DNA of 64,000 bases from an uncultured bacterium (GTDB lineage Bacteria; Omnitrophota; Omnitrophia; Omnitrophales; Abzuiibacteriaceae). The stretch covers positions 64,001 through 128,000 of the forward strand of contig CAYLXA010000006.1 of NCBI GenBank assembly GCA_964387845.1. Reading direction: 5' to 3'. The position numbers were made by a program, and so were the translations under genes. The notes under the pieces are model-generated. The model made no database searches, had not been told where the DNA came from, and saw nothing but the letters and a program-made list of their open reading frames with translations. Below, piece by piece: positions 17,448 through 28,400 of the stretch (positions within the stretch are counted from its first letter, which is position 1; each line of letters opens with the position of its first letter).

Positions 17448-18719
17448 ATGGATGAAAACGAGCTAAATCAAAATCCTTTGCCCGAAGATCCGAAAACACC
17501 GGACGAGCCGCCGGTCAATCCGGAGCACAAAACGCCCGTCAATCCCTATTTGAAATCGATCGCCAAGCTGCAGGGCATTCAGAACTCCCCCTATTTCAAG
17601 AAAATCGTCATCGGCGTTGTGATCTTGGCTGTGGCCGGTTTCGGTGCTCAGAAAGTTTTTGAAATCTTCGATAAAAAGTCAAAAGAGAAAATTTCGCAGG
17701 AAAAGCAAGGCGACCAGGTGATCGGCGTGAAGGCCTTTAAAGTTGGGCGTTACAATTACGAAGACTCGCTGAATGAACTCGGTACGATTAAGGGAGCGGT
17801 CGAATTTAAATTGAGTTTTGAAATACCGGGCGTTGTCAGCGCGATCAATTACCGCGAAGGCGAGCGCTACGAAGAAGGTGCATTGTTAATTTCGCTTAAG
17901 CAAGATGACATCCTGCTGCGCTTGAAGCGCGCGCAAGCGGAGCGGAGCAAAGCAGAAACCGCGCTTGCCATTGCGCAGGAAAAAATGAAAGAGCATGAGA
18001 AATTATTTCAAATCGGTGCGATTCCGCAGACCACCCTGGACAAAGTAAAGCTGGAAGTCGACAGCGCCCGGTTTGATGTGGAAGCCAATGATTTGGAAGT
18101 CAAAGCCAACGAAGTCATGCTTGAAAAATCAAATCTCTACGCGCCGACGGCTGGCACCATTGGCGAACTTCACGTCGAGGAAGGCGAGGCCATCACGCAG
18201 AATACGCTGGTCGGAACGCATCTTTCAACCGACCGCGTACTTGCCGAATTTGGCGTGACCGAAAAAGACCTCAATAAATTGTCGCTCGGCCAGAAGGCAA
18301 AAGTGTTTGTCGACGCTTATCCCGATAAAAATTTTGACGGAACGATTGAGAGTATCGGCAGTGTGGTGGTTGGTCAAAGCCGGACGGCAAACGTGAAAGT
18401 CCGTATTGAAAATCCGGAGAATATCCTGGTGCCCGGCATGTTTGCTCGGATTAAAATTCTCCTGTTTCAAAAGAAAAATACACTGGTTTTACCGACTGAT
18501 TCTCTTCAGGGCAAAGAGAAGGATTATTTTGTCTACATTATTGACCCCGGCCAAAAAACCGTTCACAAACAGCCAATCGTGGTGGGTTATCAAAGGACCG
18601 ACTACGCTCAAATTGATTCCGGTGTTAAGGAAGGCGATTTGGTCGCCGTAACCGGTTTAGACCGCCTGCAGGAAGACTCCAAAGTCCGCATTATCGAGAC
18701 CCAAGAAGCAGAATTATAA
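17448..18719 (+). CDS. Efflux RND periplasmic adaptor subunit (membrane fusion protein, HlyD/AcrA family)
   Basis: There is a single N-terminal TM (IVIGVVILAVAGFGA). A lipoyl-like hairpin (GTIKGAVEF...APTAGTIGELHVEEGEAI) is followed by a coiled-coil hairpin and beta-barrel/MP domains. It sits between the outer-membrane factor and the RND pumps. Confidence 0.8.
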   Translation: MDENELNQNPLPEDPKTPDEPPVNPEHKTPVNPYLKSIAKLQGIQNSPYFKKIVIGVVILAVAGFGAQKVFEIFDKKSKEKISQEKQGDQVIGVKAFKVGRYNYEDSLNELGTIKGAVEFKLSFEIPGVVSAINYREGERYEEGALLISLKQDDILLRLKRAQAERSKAETALAIAQEKMKEHEKLFQIGAIPQTTLDKVKLEVDSARFDVEANDLEVKANEVMLEKSNLYAPTAGTIGELHVEEGEAITQNTLVGTHLSTDRVLAEFGVTEKDLNKLSLGQKAKVFVDAYPDKNFDGTIESIGSVVVGQSRTANVKVRIENPENILVPGMFARIKILLFQKKNTLVLPTDSLQGKEKDYFVYIIDPGQKTVHKQPIVVGYQRTDYAQIDSGVKEGDLVAVTGLDRLQEDSKVRIIETQEAEL

Positions 18720-18803
18720 GCCCGAAATTTGCCTTCCGTTTTCACCCCTCCGAGCCGATAAATTATCTGTAGTGTATACTTATTCAAGTCTTTAAATTTG
18801 TAA

Positions 18804-21800
18804 GTGCGGAGCGCTATGACTTTACCTGAATACGCAATCAAGCGGCGTGTAACAACCGTGATGGTGTTCTGCGGCATCGTTTTTCTGGGCCTCATTGCGC
18901 TGACCCGGATGTCGCAAGAGCTTTTCCCGCGGATTAGTTTTCCGCAGGTTACCGTTGTGACGGATTACGCCAATGCCGCGCCGGAAGAAATCGAAACGCT
19001 CATCACACGGCCCCTCGAAGAAGCGATCAGCTCAGTGAGCGGCTTGCGCCGCATCGAATCCATCTCACGCGAAGGCAAAAGCACCGTTAGTGTTGCGTTT
19101 AATTGGAATCAGGACATCGATTTCGCGGCGCTCGCGGTCCGGGAAAAAATCGATCTTGTCAAAGAACGCCTTCCGAAGGAATCCGAAGATCCTGTCGTGC
19201 TCAAATTTGATCCGCTTTCAAAACCTGTTTTAATTTTATCCGTTACGGGAAAGATGTCGCCAGTTGAGCTGAAGGAAGTTGCCGAGCATACACTGCAGGA
19301 CAACCTCGAAAAAGTGGAAGGCGTGGCGTCCATTACCGTTTCGGGCGGCATGGACCGTGAAATCATTGCCGAAATCGACCAAGGTCAGCTTCAATCGGCC
19401 GGCGCATCACTGCTTCAGGTGATTGATTCCATTGATACGGCCAATGTTTCTTATCCGGCCGGCAGTATTAAAAAGGGTTTGTACGAATATCTCATCCGTA
19501 CGGTCGGAGAATTCCGATCGATTCCCGAGATCGGCTTTACGGTGATTAAAGCCGTGGCGCGCGACCGCTCACATGTGCGGGATACGGGGTTTGTGGAGCG
19601 CGGCGCCGAAGGTCCGCGCGCGACGCTGGATACCGAACGGGAACAAAAAGAGCGGGGCATTCAGGAAAAAAGATTAGTTCTTTTAAATGATATCGGAATT
19701 GTTCAAGATACTTTTGCCGAGCGGACAACGATTTCGCGGCACAATCAGCAGGAAAATGTGTCGGTGGCGATACAAAAACAGGCAACGACGAATTCGGTGG
19801 AACTCGTGGACCGGATCCGGCTCGCGCTCGTATTCTTACAGGAAGATTTAAACGCCCGGGGCATGCAAGTAAAAGTAGTTTACGATCAATCCGAGTTTGT
19901 CTCTCAAGCTATTGAGGATACGAAGCAAAGCGCGCTTGAAGGCGGCCTGCTGGCGGCGATCGTTTTATTTTTCTTTTTTTGGGATTTTAGAAGTGCGGGG
20001 CTCATCGCATTGTCGGTTCCCATTTCGGTGCTCGGTTCGTTCTTTCTCCTCAATCTGCAGGGAATCACGATCAACACGATGTCGCTAAGCGGCATGGCGC
20101 TCGGCATCGGGATGATGGTGGACAACTGTATTGTGGTGCTTGAAAATATTTTCCGGCTGCGGGAGGAAGGCCGTTCGCCCGAAGATGCATCGGTGGATGG
20201 CGCCAATGAAGTATTTTGGCCGGTTTTTTCTTCCACGCTTACGACTGATGCTGTTTTTCTTCCGCTGATTTTGTTTGTGCCCGGTGTTGCCGGCCAGTTA
20301 TTCAAAGATTTGTCGTGGGCGATTATCCACTGCTCGAACATTTCGTTCCTGATTTCTGTTTGGCTGATCCCGATGGCGGCCGTTTATATTCAGCCGCCCG
20401 CAAAAAAAGCAGCACAAAATGTCGAGAAACGCCAGCGTTTTCAAAAGCAAGTACAGGATTTCTTTGCCAAGCGTACGCACGCTCAGCAAAATACGGTCTT
20501 GCTTTCAATTGTCCTGGTGGCGCTTGTGCTATTTTTCGTCGGCGTTGCAATTTTTCGTTCTCTTGATACGGAAGTTCTGCCGAAGGTGGATCAGGGCAAA
20601 TTTTTTGTTAAACTGAATCTTCCGGTTGGATCGAGAATTGAAGCTACCGATGAACTGGCCAAGATTGTGGAAAAGCATTTAGACCGGATTCAGGAAGTTG
20701 AAACCATTCAAGTGGATATCGGCTCGGCTTCAAGTTCCAAAATCGGTGCTGTAAAAGTCGACACCTTGCGTGCATCGCAGGCATTGATTCTCGTATCGCT
20801 CAATAAGGATCGAAAACGATCCTCGTATGAAGTTATTGAAGATTTGAAACAATCTTTGGGTACTGAAAATTTAGCGCAAGCAAATATTGAATACATGCTT
20901 GAAGAAAATGAATTTGCGTTTGCGACTGCCGGCGGCAAGCCGATTGTAATCGAAGTGAAGGGGTATGATTTGGAAATTTTACGGTCGCTTGCGGAAGAAG
21001 CGGAAAGAAAAATCAAAAATATCCCGGGTGTTATGGAAGTGATTTCGGATGTCGGAGAGCGCTCGCCCGAAACCATGATTGAAATCGATAAGAAAAAAGC
21101 TTCACTGTACGCGATTTCGGCGCGTGATATTTCGCTCACAGCCAAAGCCGCAATCGACGGCGCGGTGGCGACAAAATACAAAGAGGCCGGCCGTGAAATT
21201 GACGTCCGGGTCCGGCTCCGCGAGAAAGACCGAGAGGACATGACGCGGCTCGGCGACCTTTTGGTCAGGAGTGATAGTCTCGAAATTTCCGTTCCGCTAA
21301 AAGCCATTGCAACCATCAAGTCCGGCTATGGGCCCAGTGAAATTAAGCGTAAAGATCAAATACGGACAGTCTCCGTTGCGGCTGCAATTAAGAAAGATTT
21401 TAAAGAAAAAAATGTCTTAAAATCGGTTGCAGAAGCTATTGCGCAAATAGACCGGCCTGAAACTTATGAAGTTAAGCTGGTGGGTAAAGCTCGCGAAGTC
21501 AGGGAATCATTCCGGATGATCGCATTTGCGATCACGCTCGCGCTCATTTTAAACTACATGATCATGGCCGCGCAGTTTGAATCATTCCTGCAGCCGTTTG
21601 TGATCATGCTTGTGGTTCCGCTGGCACTTTTCGGTATTGCGGTTGCGCTATTACTAACCGGGACGGCCGTAAGCGTTATTTCCTTGATGGGCATTTTGTT
21701 AATCGGCGGCTCGGGAACCAACTCCGGCATTATTTTGATTGATTTTATTAATCAGCGCCGCATTGAAGGCGCACGGCTCATGCAGGCTGCGATTGAATCC

Positions 21801-22037
21801 GCGTTTGTGCGCTTTCGTGCGATCATGATGTCGGCACTCACAGCTGCAGTCGGGCTCATTCCGCTCTCTTTTGGCGCCGATCTGCAAGCACCGCTTGCGA
21901 TTTCAATGATCGGCGGGACGATCAGCTCGACCTTGCTGACGCTTTGCGTGATTCCTGCGGTTTATGTGTTGATGATTCGCTTATCAGACCGAATTTTAAA
22001 TGGGCCGCTTTTAACGGATGAAGCCGTTTTGGAATAA
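18804..22037 (+). CDS. RND efflux permease (AcrB/HAE1 family), subunit 1
   Basis: The N-terminus (AIKRRVTTVMVFCGIVFLGLIALTRM...FPQVTVVTDYANAAPEEIE) matches the family. The 12-TM layout and two large periplasmic loops are present and the length is ~1077 aa. It starts with GTG at 18804, with an alternative ATG at 18816. Confidence 0.9.
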   Translation: MRSAMTLPEYAIKRRVTTVMVFCGIVFLGLIALTRMSQELFPRISFPQVTVVTDYANAAPEEIETLITRPLEEAISSVSGLRRIESISREGKSTVSVAFNWNQDIDFAALAVREKIDLVKERLPKESEDPVVLKFDPLSKPVLILSVTGKMSPVELKEVAEHTLQDNLEKVEGVASITVSGGMDREIIAEIDQGQLQSAGASLLQVIDSIDTANVSYPAGSIKKGLYEYLIRTVGEFRSIPEIGFTVIKAVARDRSHVRDTGFVERGAEGPRATLDTEREQKERGIQEKRLVLLNDIGIVQDTFAERTTISRHNQQENVSVAIQKQATTNSVELVDRIRLALVFLQEDLNARGMQVKVVYDQSEFVSQAIEDTKQSALEGGLLAAIVLFFFFWDFRSAGLIALSVPISVLGSFFLLNLQGITINTMSLSGMALGIGMMVDNCIVVLENIFRLREEGRSPEDASVDGANEVFWPVFSSTLTTDAVFLPLILFVPGVAGQLFKDLSWAIIHCSNISFLISVWLIPMAAVYIQPPAKKAAQNVEKRQRFQKQVQDFFAKRTHAQQNTVLLSIVLVALVLFFVGVAIFRSLDTEVLPKVDQGKFFVKLNLPVGSRIEATDELAKIVEKHLDRIQEVETIQVDIGSASSSKIGAVKVDTLRASQALILVSLNKDRKRSSYEVIEDLKQSLGTENLAQANIEYMLEENEFAFATAGGKPIVIEVKGYDLEILRSLAEEAERKIKNIPGVMEVISDVGERSPETMIEIDKKKASLYAISARDISLTAKAAIDGAVATKYKEAGREIDVRVRLREKDREDMTRLGDLLVRSDSLEISVPLKAIATIKSGYGPSEIKRKDQIRTVSVAAAIKKDFKEKNVLKSVAEAIAQIDRPETYEVKLVGKAREVRESFRMIAFAITLALILNYMIMAAQFESFLQPFVIMLVVPLALFGIAVALLLTGTAVSVISLMGILLIGGSGTNSGIILIDFINQRRIEGARLMQAAIESAFVRFRAIMMSALTAAVGLIPLSFGADLQAPLAISMIGGTISSTLLTLCVIPAVYVLMIRLSDRILNGPLLTDEAVLE

Positions 22038-22124
22038 ATTTAAATTTCAAAATTAAAAATTCAAAATATTTGAAATATTAGGATTATTCGCACGGTTTTG
22101 AACTTTTAGTTTTGAATTTGTGAA

Positions 22125-25100
22125 TTGAGGTCTATGGGTCTTCCGAACCTTTCAGTCAAAAAACCTGTTCTCGTCACGGTCGTTTTTGTCGGATTTCTTC
22201 TGCTTGGCATTCTCGCCGCATTCCGTTTGCCCGTCGAGCTTTATCAAGGCACTTCCAGCGGCATCATCAGCATCATCATCCGTGCGCGCGGCGGATTAGC
22301 ACCTGTCGAAGTGGAACACATGATCACACGGCCGGTCGAGGAGTCGGTATCGACCGTGAGCCGCCTGAAAACCATGTATTCGAATTCGCGTGAAGCCGAA
22401 AGCCGTGTAACGCTTGAATTTGAACCAGGCACCGACATGAACTTTGCCGCGCTCGAAGTGCGCGAAAAATTTTCGCGCGTGAAATCCAAGCTTCCGCCCG
22501 AAATCGAAAAACCTGTCATTGCCAATTACTCCGAAAGCGAAAGTGCCGTGATTGTGTTTGCGGTGATTTCCGATACCAAAACGCCGGAAGAACTTCGCGA
22601 AATGGTAGAAACGGATTTGAAACCGTGGCTGGAACGCGTCGACGGCGTCGCAAGTGTTGAAATTTACGGCGGCCGGGAGCGAAAGATTTTAGTCGAGTTG
22701 GACCGCGACAAAATGGTGGCTTATTCCGTTTCGGTGGAGCAAGTGATGGATGTGCTGGGCGCCAGCAACATTAATCTTCTTGCCGGAGACTATGAGCGCG
22801 GCGAGTATGATTTTGCAGTCCGGACTATGGGTGCTTTTACAAGCATTGATGAAATCGGCAACATCGGCGTCAAAGTAACGCGCCAAGGATCGATTATTCC
22901 GCTCAAGGAAGTCGCAACCATCAAAGATTCCTACCTCGAGCCTGAGGATTATGCGCGGCTCAACCTCAATCAAAACGTTTCCATTTATATCAAAAAAACA
23001 AGCCTCGCGAATACGATCAAAGTCGTCAAGCTCGCCAAACAAGTTGTGAAGGGCTATGCAGATGAAAAAGTGAGCGAGCTCAGAATCATCACGGTTTCTG
23101 ATCGCGCGCATTCCATCGAACGCGCCATCGGCGATGTCAGAGGGTCGCTTATTTTAGGTGTTTTTTTGGTGACTTTGATGATTTACTTTGCGCTCAGGAG
23201 TCCGGTTCTGGCGCTGATTATTTCAACCGCAATCCCAATTTCGGTTATTTCGACTTTTCTGTTCATGGATTTTTTCGGCATCAGTCTGAACGTGATGACC
23301 TTAAGCGGCCTGGCTCTATCAATCGGCATCATGGTCGACAGTGCAGTGGTCGTGATGGAAAACGTTTTCAAGAAGCGCGAAGAAGGTCTTAGCCACGAGC
23401 AGGCAGTCCGTGAAGGGTCGGAGGAAATGTGGATTCCGCTCTTGGCTGCATCCGTTACCAATTTAGTTGTCTTTTTGCCCATTATTTTCATTGATAAAGA
23501 AATCCAGCTCATTTATCAAGGATTTGCATTTACCGTTTGCATTTCGCAAGTCATGTCGCTCCTGGTAGCCATCATGCTGATTCCGATGCTTTTGTCGAAA
23601 ATCAATTTCGATGTACCATCCAAACCGCAAGAGAGCCCGGCGAAGCCTAATTTTATTTCGAAGTTTTATTTTTGGTATGAGCAGTTAATCCGGGCATCAT
23701 TCCGCTTGAGGTATTTAATGCTGTCTTTAATCGTTATGCTTTTTGTCGCTTCTGCCTGGGGTCTGGCGCATCGGGACATTGACCTGCCGTCAACACTCGA
23801 AGAAAACGAATTCCAGGTGGTTATATTCCCGCTAGCCGGAGCGAAGCTTGAAACAAATGACGAAGTGGTCAAGAAAATTGAAGAGATGCTCGGTCAATAC
23901 AAAGAAGTCGATTTGATCTCAACCACGGTCCGGAAGGACGATATCCGGATTTTTGTTCGGCTTGTTCCTCGGGCGAAACGTTCAGCATCGAAGGATGTCA
24001 TCATGTCGCAGATTAAGGAAAAGGGAAATGAAGAGATTAAGCAAGTGCATGAGGAATACTCGCTGATTGTTGATGAGGGAGCTTCGAGTGAAGAATCGAA
24101 AAAGATGATTATTAATATTTTCGGGCTCGAAAATGAAACACTCGAAAAGCTGGCGCATGAATTTGCAAAAAAAATAAATTCGGTCAAGGGATTGACCAAT
24201 CTGGTGATGACCGACCTTCGGAAGCGGCCCGAATACAGCTTGGTGGTTGACCGCGCAAGAGCTGCCTTTTATGGTTTAAACGTAAGGGAAGTTGCAGATT
24301 CTATTCACGCTCAGATTCGCGGAATGAGGCCGACGAAGTATCATGAGCTGACGGAAGGCCTGGAAATCGAAACTATTACGCGGCTTCAGCCGATTTTTCG
24401 GCAGAAAATTGATGACTTGAGGAATATTTTTGTGGTTTCACCGCAAACCGGCGTTCAGGTAGCGCTGGAACAATTTTCGAGTTTTTATCCGTCAACGGGG
24501 CCGCAGACGATTGACCGGCGGAATAAATACCGCTACGTATTTTTAAAGGGTGACGTTAACCGCCCGCTTGAAACGGTGGGCAAGGAAATCAAAGAGGCTG
24601 TGAAAGACGTTCCGATGCCGAAGGATTATTTTTGGCGCTTTGGCGGGCAATACGAATCATTGCTGCAAGGAAGGTCGGAGCTTTGGTTGGCGTTTGTGAT
24701 TACCGTTGTTTTAATTTACATGGTTCTGGCTTGCATGTTTCAATCTTTCAGCGAGCCCGTGCTGGTCATGATCGCAATTCCGCTGGCAAGTATCGGGGTT
24801 TGGCTTGCATTGACACTCACGCAAAAACCGCTCAGCCAGCCTGTTTTTATCGGTATGATTTTATTGGCCGGGTATGTTGTTAATAATTCCATTATCTTAA
24901 TCGACCGGATTAATCATCTGAAAAAGCATATCCGCGACCGCAATCAAATTCTAGTCAAAGCCGGGCTTGACCGCTTACGTCCGATCATGATGACCACAGG
25001 ATCAACCCTGATAGGATTCCTACCAATGGCCATTGCGGTGAGCGATTCCAGCGAGCTGTGGTCGCCGCTTGCCGTTACCGTGATTGGGGGGTTGTTGACT

Positions 25101-25199
25101 TCGACTATCTTGACCTTGTTTGTCATTCCGAACATGTTCCTCTATTTTTCCGACCTGACGCGTCTTTTTCGAACTGAAAAAACTTCCAAGCAAATCTAG
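22125..25199 (+). CDS. RND efflux permease (AcrB/HAE1 family), subunit 2
   Basis: The N-terminus (VKKPVLVTVVFVGFLLLGILAAFRLPVELYQ) and the conserved GxxxD motif region (GLALSIGIMVDSAVVVMENV) match the family, and the length is 1024 aa. The start codon is uncertain (TTG 22125 or ATG 22134). Confidence 0.9.
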   Translation: MRSMGLPNLSVKKPVLVTVVFVGFLLLGILAAFRLPVELYQGTSSGIISIIIRARGGLAPVEVEHMITRPVEESVSTVSRLKTMYSNSREAESRVTLEFEPGTDMNFAALEVREKFSRVKSKLPPEIEKPVIANYSESESAVIVFAVISDTKTPEELREMVETDLKPWLERVDGVASVEIYGGRERKILVELDRDKMVAYSVSVEQVMDVLGASNINLLAGDYERGEYDFAVRTMGAFTSIDEIGNIGVKVTRQGSIIPLKEVATIKDSYLEPEDYARLNLNQNVSIYIKKTSLANTIKVVKLAKQVVKGYADEKVSELRIITVSDRAHSIERAIGDVRGSLILGVFLVTLMIYFALRSPVLALIISTAIPISVISTFLFMDFFGISLNVMTLSGLALSIGIMVDSAVVVMENVFKKREEGLSHEQAVREGSEEMWIPLLAASVTNLVVFLPIIFIDKEIQLIYQGFAFTVCISQVMSLLVAIMLIPMLLSKINFDVPSKPQESPAKPNFISKFYFWYEQLIRASFRLRYLMLSLIVMLFVASAWGLAHRDIDLPSTLEENEFQVVIFPLAGAKLETNDEVVKKIEEMLGQYKEVDLISTTVRKDDIRIFVRLVPRAKRSASKDVIMSQIKEKGNEEIKQVHEEYSLIVDEGASSEESKKMIINIFGLENETLEKLAHEFAKKINSVKGLTNLVMTDLRKRPEYSLVVDRARAAFYGLNVREVADSIHAQIRGMRPTKYHELTEGLEIETITRLQPIFRQKIDDLRNIFVVSPQTGVQVALEQFSSFYPSTGPQTIDRRNKYRYVFLKGDVNRPLETVGKEIKEAVKDVPMPKDYFWRFGGQYESLLQGRSELWLAFVITVVLIYMVLACMFQSFSEPVLVMIAIPLASIGVWLALTLTQKPLSQPVFIGMILLAGYVVNNSIILIDRINHLKKHIRDRNQILVKAGLDRLRPIMMTTGSTLIGFLPMAIAVSDSSELWSPLAVTVIGGLLTSTILTLFVIPNMFLYFSDLTRLFRTEKTSKQI

Positions 25200-25228
25200 A
25201 TTCTTGACTTTCCCCGTTGTTTTCATCC

Positions 25229-25259
25229 GCTTATTTTTTATTTCAGACCGAAAATAAGC
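25229..25259 (+). terminator. Weak AT-rich hairpin (GCTTATTTT ... AAAATAAGC) after the second RND gene
   Basis: The arms are 9-bp exact reverse complements with a 13-nt loop and no clean downstream T-tract, so it is low-stability and only weakly supported. Confidence 0.2.
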
Positions 25260-25354
25260 ATTTCAATTTCTGCCCTATCCAAGCGCACTTTTTAGATCGG
25301 CATATATCACGGTAAACACTAGGGTTACGTTAAATACTTTTCTCAGTTCCGGGT

Positions 25355-25383
25355 TTGACAGGGGGGTATTCAAACTGTATACT
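25355..25383 (+). promoter_or_regulatory. Near-consensus sigma70 promoter TTGACA-N17-TATACT driving the giant gene
   Basis: The -35 TTGACA is at 25355-25360, followed by a 17-nt spacer and the -10 TATACT at 25378-25383. This is ~107 nt upstream of the ATG at 25491, in a 291-bp AT-rich intergenic region. Confidence 0.45.
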
Positions 25384-25490
25384 TTTATCAAAGATTTTAA
25401 AAGATAAATTAAGTGTTTTTTATCTCACTTTATTTTTAGATGTAAGCACGACTCGAAAAAACCCCGGCAGTGAAAAGAGATTCCTAACAA

Positions 25491-28400
25491 ATGCGCCAGG
25501 TTGAAAAGAGTAAAACTTTTAATCTTTATCTAAAAGTTGTCGCGCTGATTGTTTTATTTACTTTTACGCTCAACACAATCGCGTGGGCTGACGGGTCTAG
25601 TAACTTAATTCAGTCGCTGCAGAATAATAAAGCCAGCACCTACCGTGACATTTTAGAATCCAACTTAGTGATTGATCAGTCCCTTCTCGACACTTCAATC
25701 ATTCCTGATAAAGTCGGGCACATCAAAAGCCGGTTTCAAGGTAAAAAGCCTCAGACGATTTACCATATTCAAGATGCGCACATCAACTACGATGCCCAGA
25801 TCAATATTTCCAAAATTATCGAGCAGGTATCAAAAGCAAACGGCACTGATTTGATCAACGTCGAAGGAGCCATGGGGCGACTGAACAATTACTGGCTCTC
25901 TTCATTTCCAAATGCAGAAGCGCGTGAATTGGTCGGTGATTACTTTGTCAGGGAAGGACGATTGAGCGGGCCGGCTTTCGCATCGATTGTCACACTTCCG
26001 AGATCAATCATCAATGGCGTCGAAGATGAAGCGCTTTATGAAGAAAACAGGCAGGCATTTTTAACGGCGCTCGCGTTTCGCGACCGGAATGAAGGGCTTT
26101 TGCAATCACTCCGGAATGGACTGGATCATGTGGCGCGCTACATTTTTCCGGATGATTTGCGCGAGCTCAGAATTCGCCATGACGCATTCCAGGAAGATTC
26201 GCTTTCGATGAAAGCATTTGTCCGGTATTTGGTGGAGTTGGCGCAGGCAAACAGCGTTAGCTTGTACCGTTACCGCCACATCGACGCGTTCATGAAATTA
26301 GTCGAGCTTGAAAAGTCGATCAATTTTGAAACAGCCGAAAAGGACCTCGAGGGATTATTGTCTGAGATTAAGAAGCGTATGCCGGCCCAGGATGTATCGG
26401 CTTTCGGGTTCAAAGTACTCCAATATCACCGCAAGAAATATTCCCGCAAAGATTTTTTTGAATATATTGATCAACTCATCAACAAATTACAGATTAGTGG
26501 CGAAGCGTTCATGCCGGCATTGAACTATGTGGCGTATATGCGCAGCTTCGACACAATCGGCGTGGAGCTTTTTGATGAGATCCGGCTCGCCGAGGATGAT
26601 TTGAAAAATAAATTGTTCCGCAACGAGACGGAAGTCAAGCTGGACCGGCTTTACCGGCTGCACGAATTGTTGAAGCACATTTTTGATTTCTCACTCACCA
26701 AAGAAGACGCCGAGTTTTTTTATTCCTATCGGGATGAATTTAAAATCACAAATTTCAAAGCCTTTATCGGCGAACAGGCGAAGGCGCTCGGTATTGAAGT
26801 CGAGCTGGATCCGAAACTCGAGCAGATTGACGATGATTTGCTGAAGGTCGAGAAATTTTACGAAATTGCTCTGAAGCGCGACAAAGTGTTGATCGAACGT
26901 TCTTTAAAAGCGATGGAAGCGGAAGGCCGCAAAAGCGCTTTTATAGTCACCGGCGGATTTCATACGCCCGGCATTGAACGCTATCTTCGAGAGCGTGATA
27001 TTTCTTATGTTGTGATCGCGCCCCGGATTTCTAGCAAAATCGACGAAGTCAAAGAAGCTATGCGCTATGAAAGCGCCATGCGCGATATGCCGTCCAAAAT
27101 CGAATCGCTGCTCAAAGAAGTTTACCAGCCGCAGAAAGCGATGATGCTGAACGATCCACGGTATCAAGTGTCGGCGCCGCAAGTGATTCGTCCGTTCGGG
27201 TCAGAAGGAAAGTTTGAAATTGGCGCCGGCGCAATTTTGCGCGGGTTTGTCGGAAAATCAGAACTTCGCCGGTGGCTGCCGGCTTTATCGGAAAATCTAA
27301 TCGCATCGGGCATCGATAGCAATTTGGCAGCACGCACACTGGAACGGTTTCAGGATTTCCAGCGAAACTTTGATTCTTACATCAAAGTCGAAATCAACAA
27401 GACCCATGTGATTGCGAGCAGGCTTCCGGATGGAAGAGTATTGATGACAGTGATGTATCCATCGAAAGATAAATCCGAAGTTGGCCGGCCGGGCGGTATG
27501 CATGATTACGCTAAAATTGCTGAAATCGGAAAGTTTGTCATTGAAGTATTTATAACGGATCGTGCTTTCTTGGAATCAATTTTGAAACGCGATGGTGCGA
27601 AGGTTGTTGAATCATCAGATTGGGTCTCTGAAGCATTGCCGCCAAGTTCACAGAGCACAGTTCCCGAAAGAGCCATTTCGGTTGATCTTGCCATGGCCAA
27701 GATGCATAACGGCGGCCAGACTTGGGAGTTATTGCAGAAAATCGCGCAAAGCAGCGACCTTAACTGGACTGCGATGAGCGTTAACGAAAAGTTGGCATCA
27801 ATTGAAAGTATTCTGATTGACCGGAAAATTAACCGGGACAATCTCGCGAGAGCCGCCTCCGAAGAATTAAAAATCATATCGCCATCCGCGGAAATCACGC
27901 TGCAATCTCGGTTCAGCGTTCGCGTCTTTATTTTTTTAGCGGAAAACGCCTTCGATTTAAAAAAGATGAGAATTAGGGATGAACTTTTATCCTTGATTCA
28001 ATCTCGTAACCGTTTTGATGAAGAGGTTGACGTAGCCGTATCCGCCGGTCCGGCCGCCTTGGAATCACTGCGCAGTGAACTTAGGCACTTAAACGCACTT
28101 GCGGGCGATACGCGCGTTGTGTCTCAGGCAGTCATTCGGGTCAATTCCGAGCTCCGAAAAATTTCAGCTCCCGTTTCAGAAGAAGTAAAGCCTGTTGCTT
28201 TAGAATCCGGCGCTCCTGCTGAAACTGCAAAAGTAGAAAAATCAGCCACAGAAGTTACGGAGCCGAAAGCACAAGAAGTAAAGCCAACGCGCGCTCCTCC
28301 TGCTCCAAAATTAAGCAAGGCGGAGATCATTAATAAAATTCTTGCTAAGCAAGCCGCAAAATCTTCAGAGCCGCTTAACTTTATTTCCAACATTTCACTC

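Noticed and set aside
20708-21319. 203-aa minus-strand ORF inside the first RND permease gene
   Set aside because: It is antisense to a strongly supported AcrB-family CDS. Its Ser/Ile-rich translation is typical of antisense artefacts and it has no start context.
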